Made by a program: the position numbers and the translations under genes. The notes under the pieces were generated by a model. The model saw only the letters and a program-made list of their open reading frames with translations. It was not told the origin of the DNA and did not search any database. Below, in pieces: positions 59,625 to 64,000 of a stretch of 64,000 nucleotides of DNA; positions within the stretch are counted from its first letter, which is position 1, and every line of letters starts with the position of its first letter. Source of the DNA: Macrostomum lignano (taxonomy: Eukaryota); the NCBI GenBank assembly GCA_002269645.1, contig NIVC01002216.1:1-64000 (forward strand), in the 5' to 3' direction.

Positions 59625-60826
59625 CTAGCAATCAGCACCTCCCGTTGGGGAGCCAACAAAGAATGGAATACATTTTTAAATAAACTATATGTTGCTTCTG
59701 ACCTCTCAGTCTTGACATCTCAGCAATTCCCCTCGTAAGCCTTGGCATCTCAGCAATTCCCCCCTCAGCCTTGACATCTCAGCTATTCCTCCCGTCAGCC
59801 TTGACATCTCAGCAATTCCCCCCCGTAACCCTTGACGTCTCAGCGATCGTAAGCTTTGAAATCTCAGCAATTCCCCACGGTAGCCTTGACGTCTCAGCAA
59901 TTCCCCCCTCATCCTTGATATCTCAGCTATTCCTCCTGTCAGCCTTGACATCTCAGAAATCCCCCCTCAGCCTTGACATCTCAGCAATTCCCCCCTCAGC
60001 CTTGACATCTCAGCAATTCCCCCCTCAGCCTTGACATCTCAGCAATTCCCCCCTCAGCCTTGACATCTCAGCTATTCCTCCTGTCAGCCTTGACATCTCA
60101 GCAATTCTCCCCTCATCCTTGACATCTCAGCTATTCCTCCTGTCAGCCTTGATATCTCAGCAATTCCCCCCTCAGCCTTGACATCTCAGCAATTCCCCCC
60201 TCATCCTTGACATCTCAGCTATTCCTCCTGTCAGCCTTGACATCTCAGAAATCCCCCCGTGAGCCTTGACATCTCAGAAATCCCCCCTCATCCTTGACAT
60301 CTCAGCTATTCCTCCTGTCAGCCTTGACATCTCAGAAATCCCCCCTCATCCTTGACATCTCAGCTATTCCTCCTGTCAGCCTTGACATCTCAGAAATCCC
60401 CCCGTGAGCCTTGACATCTCAGCAATTCCCCCCTCAGCCTTGACATATCACAAATTCCCCCCCGTGAGACTTGACAAATCACAAATTTCCCCCCCCGTGA
60501 GACTTGACATCTCAGAAATTCCCCGTGAACCTTGACATCTCAGCAATTCCCCCCTCAGCCTTGACATCTCCCAAATTCCCCCCTGTGAGCCTTGACATCT
60601 CAGAAATCCCCTGTGAGCCTTGACATCTCAGAAATCCCCTGTGAGCCTTGACATCTCAGAAATCCCCTGTGAGCCTTGACATCTCAGAAATCCCCTGTGA
60701 GCCTTGAATTCATTGACGCCTGCAGATTAAGGTTAAGCTCCGCTTGTATGCAAATAAAGCTTTTAGTTAAACGGAACTTGATGAGTTAATTGGGCAATTA
60801 TCTTGTGTTGCCGACAGTTTAGTTGA
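59625..60826 (-). mobile_element. Non-autonomous Helitron (~1.2 kb) with a central 29-bp tandem array
   Basis: On the minus strand the 5' end is A|TC (60826-60825). The 3' end has the hairpin CTCCC-CAAC-GGGAG, then 10 nt, then CTAG|T (59625). The element sits in an AT dinucleotide without a TSD. Its ends are defined independently by homology to 59476-59605 and 21699-21780. No Rep/Hel ORF. Confidence 0.8.
59708..60706 (+). repeat. ~29-bp minisatellite CCTTGACATCTCAGCAATTCCCCCCTCAG, ~34 copies (Helitron central repeat)
   Basis: Directly visible. Confidence 0.96.
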
Positions 60827-61489
60827 TTCGGCGAATAAAAGGTCACGACCACCGTGCACCCCCTGCTGGGCCTGTTTCATTCTGCTGGCCCCTGAGCACC
60901 CACAAGATGTTCGGATCTGGGATGGTTGGTCCTCCCAATGATAGTGAACATTGTAATTCCGTGCACGAATCCCAACTTAAAGTGTGTGTTTGACGCGAGT
61001 CTGCCTACATCCCAGCTGATAAATAAAAAGCATGATGGACTTTGTTAAATGAGGCTTCATCGAGAGGAAGATATCCCAGAATTAGAAGTGCTCCGTCTTT
61101 GTTGGCCTCCCCTTCTTCCTCTCCAATAGCCCCGGAGCCCCTGTTCCCAATGCCGGGCGGAAGTGCGAGACCGGGAAGGGGGCCGAGACAGCCGAAGCCT
61201 TCCTAGCGTGACCATGGGTTGAACTGTTAGACTGTCACGGTGCGAGCCGGACAACCAGGCATAGCCATGCTGTATGATGATGCCGCGTGTCTGTGGGGAT
61301 TCTGTGTTTTTTATTCCGCATGGCCTCACGTGCGGTCGCTTAAAAATAGCGAAGAGATGCTATAGTAGACCTTCTTTCTTGAGCTTGGCTGCTACATCAA
61401 AGTAGGAAGCGTTTGAGATTGTCTGGGGATCGGAGAGAATTATGGAGAATCACTTTAAATATCCTTATTGTGTATCCTTATTTGACAAG

Positions 61490-62345
61490 AGAGATAGACA
61501 GGGAGAGATAGAGAGGGAGAGATAGAGATGTATAGATATAGAAGGAGAGGAAGAGTGGAAGAGATAGAGAGGTAGATATAGAGTGGGAGAGAGAGTGGGA
61601 GATATAGTAGGAGAAAAAGACAGGGAGATATAGAATGGGAGAGATAGAGTGCAATAGATAGTGTGGGAGAGATAGAGAGAGATAGTTGGATAGATAAAGA
61701 GGGAGAGATAGAGTGGGAGAGATAGAGAGGAAGAGATAGTGTGGGAGAGATAGAGTGGGAGAGAGAGAGTGGGAGAGATAGAGTGGGAGAGATAGAGAGG
61801 AAGAGATAGTGTGGGAGAGATAGAGTGGGAGAGAGAGAGTGGGAGAGATAGAGAGGGAGAGATAGAGAGGGAGAGATAGAGTGGGAGAGATAGAGAGGGA
61901 GAGATAGAGTGGGAGAGATAGAGAGGGAGAGATAGAGTGGGAGAGTTAGAGTGGGAGAGTTAGAGTGGGAGAAATAGAGTGGGAGAGAGAGTGGGAGAGA
62001 TAGAGAGGGAGAGATAGAGAGGGAGAGATAGAGTGGGAGAGATAGAGTGGAAGGGATAGAGTGGGAGAGATAGAGTGGGAGAGATAGAGTGGGAGAGATA
62101 GAGTGGGAGAGATAGAGTGGGAGAGATAGAGTGGAAGAGATAGAGTGGGAGAGATAGAGTGGGAGAGATAGAGTGGGAGAGATAGAGTGGGAGAGATAGA
62201 GTGGGAGAGATAGAGTGGGAGAGATAGAGTGGAAGAGATAGAGTGGGAGAGATAGAGTGGGAGAGATAGAGTGGGAGAGATAGAGTGGGAGAGATAGAGT
62301 GGGAGAGATAGAGTGGCAGAGATAGAGTGGGAGAGATAGAGTGTG
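61490..62345 (+). repeat. 16-bp purine-rich minisatellite GAGATAGAGTGGGAGA
   Basis: Directly visible, degenerate at the 5' side. Confidence 0.95.
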
Positions 62346-63044
62346 AGAGACAAGAGAGCAGAAGCCCTCTTCCGCAAAGCTAACAAGCTTCCCAAAGAAA
62401 GTGCCGGGACGCAAAGGAATTCCTTCAAAACAGCAAATATTGGAAGCGATGCGCATTCGCTCAGCGTCGCGGGCCTGCAAATTGCAGCTGGCGAGTTTAG
62501 TTTTAGAAAAATGCGTCGAGTTTTAGCCAAGGCCCAAATTGTTAGCAGATGCCAAATTAGCCAGCAATACTATATAATGCAGTATGAAGTTGATGCACTC
62601 TTATTCCTGTTCAGCGGACTTTTACGGCCGCACATCTAAATGCACTGTACTGCCGGGCGGGCGGTGTCCTCCTGAACCTCATGACACGCTTGGCGGCTGC
62701 TCTGATTAAAGCCCGGCTCATTGAAAATGACCAGCAGAATTTTTACTGCTATTGAAGCCGTCGAGAGTTTGTCTGTCTGTGCACGTATGGGCCAGTGTGG
62801 TCCGTGGGGACTCCTCTGCAACAACTTGGGGTGGGGTGGGGGGGCAACTCTCGTCATCTGTGCAGCTGGGTGAAGACCGCAGCTCAAACTCGATTAGAAG
62901 TTTTATTTTCTAATCTTGAGAGCTTTCAGTCTTCAATTTGACAGCTGTTTTGGGGAGCACTTGTGGAATCCGTGCTCAAGTGTATGAGATTCGTGAGCTA
63001 GAAATGGGATGAACTGGGAGAATATGAGGTCTATTGAATTGTAA

Positions 63045-63955
63045 TGAGACACTGATGTGGTTATGAGATTCACTGATAGGAGAATGAGATTCACTGGTGG
63101 AAGAGTGAGATTCACTGATGGGTGAATGAGATTCACTGGTGGAAGAGTGAGATTCACTGATGGGAGAATGAGATTCACTGGTGGGGGAATGAGATTCACT
63201 GATGGAAGAGTAAGATTCACTGATGTGGTTATGAGATTCCCTGATAGGAGAATGAGATTCACTGGTGGAAGAGTGAGATTCACTGATGGGAGAATGAGAT
63301 TCACTGGTGGAAGAGTAAGATTCACTGGTGGGAGAATGAGATTCAATGGTGGAAGAGTGAGATTCACTGGTGGGAGAATGAGATTCAATGGTGGAAGAGT
63401 GAGATTCACTGGTGGAAGAGTGAGATTCACTGATGGGAGAATGAGATTCACTGATAGGAGAATGAGATTCACTGGTGGGGGAATGAGATTCACTAGTGGG
63501 AGAATGAGATTCACTGATGGGAGAATGAGATTCACTGGTGGGAGAATGAGATTCACTGATGGGAGAATGAGATTCACTGGTGGAAGAGTGAGATTCACTG
63601 ATGGGAGAATGAGATTCACTGGTGGAAGAGTGGGATTCACTGATGGGAGAATGAGATTCACTGGTGGAAGAGTGGGATTCACTGATGGGAGAATGAGATT
63701 CACTGGTGGAAGAGTGGGATTCACTGATGGGAGAATGAGATTCACTGGTGGAAGAGTGAGATTCACTGGTGGGAGAATGAGATTCACTGGTGGGAGAGTG
63801 AGATTCACTGATAGGAGAATGAGATTCACTGATGGGAGAATGAGATTCACTGGTGGAAGAGTGAGATTCACTGGTGGGAGAATGAGATTCACTGGTGGGA
63901 GAATGAAATTCACGATCACTGATGTGAAAATGAGATTCACTGACGGGAAAATGCG
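63045..63955 (+). repeat. 21-bp minisatellite GAGATTCACTG(G/A)TGG(A/G)AGA(G/A)T, ~43 copies
   Basis: Directly visible. Confidence 0.96.
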
Positions 63956-64000
63956 TGTGTGGAAAATATATCGAAGTAAAAATTAAATATGAATATCGAG

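Noticed and set aside
59476-60826. LTR/TRIM element (130-bp direct repeats flanking an internal region)
   Set aside because: No TG...CA ends, PBS/PPT or TSD. The repeats start at A|TC and the element ends in hairpin-CTAG|T, which fits Helitron ends better.
62614-62760. Next Fat exon after the acceptor-like ttcctgttcAG
   Set aside because: No phase-1 frame gives cadherin-like sequence and all frames stop within ~50 codons.
61455-63986. 341-aa, 335-aa and 286-aa repetitive ORFs
   Set aside because: Translations of the 16-bp and 21-bp minisatellites.

Overview
Eukaryotic (metazoan) genomic DNA with GC-rich exons, AT-rich intergenic stretches and introns packed with micro- and minisatellites. 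This architecture suggests a free-living flatworm of the Macrostomum type, which is an inference. Five spliced protein-coding genes were reconstructed by hand from GT-AG sites and reading phase. (1) An unidentified minus-strand gene (<1-8095) with several homopolymer frameshifts. (2) A 14-exon ClC-1/2-type chloride channel (10070-20514) whose GKEGP gate motif reads GMLGP, so the gating glutamate is absent. (3) A 2-exon divergent actin-like gene (22222-23442) lacking Q137, H161 and H73, with mosaic conservation. (4) A 12-exon orphan coiled-coil gene (26209-31345). (5) The 5' part of a FAT1/2/3-kugelei-type giant cadherin (33043->58214, continuing past the window). A non-autonomous Helitron with canonical A|TC...hairpin-CTAG|T ends and a central 29-bp tandem array lies at 59625-60826, with relatives at 59476, 21585 and probably 26745. 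About 35 tandem arrays are present. Many begin at or overlap the splice donor, and several carry splice-signal motifs in every unit. Most entries in the ORF track are repeat or antisense artefacts. No rRNA, intact tRNA or CRISPR array was seen.
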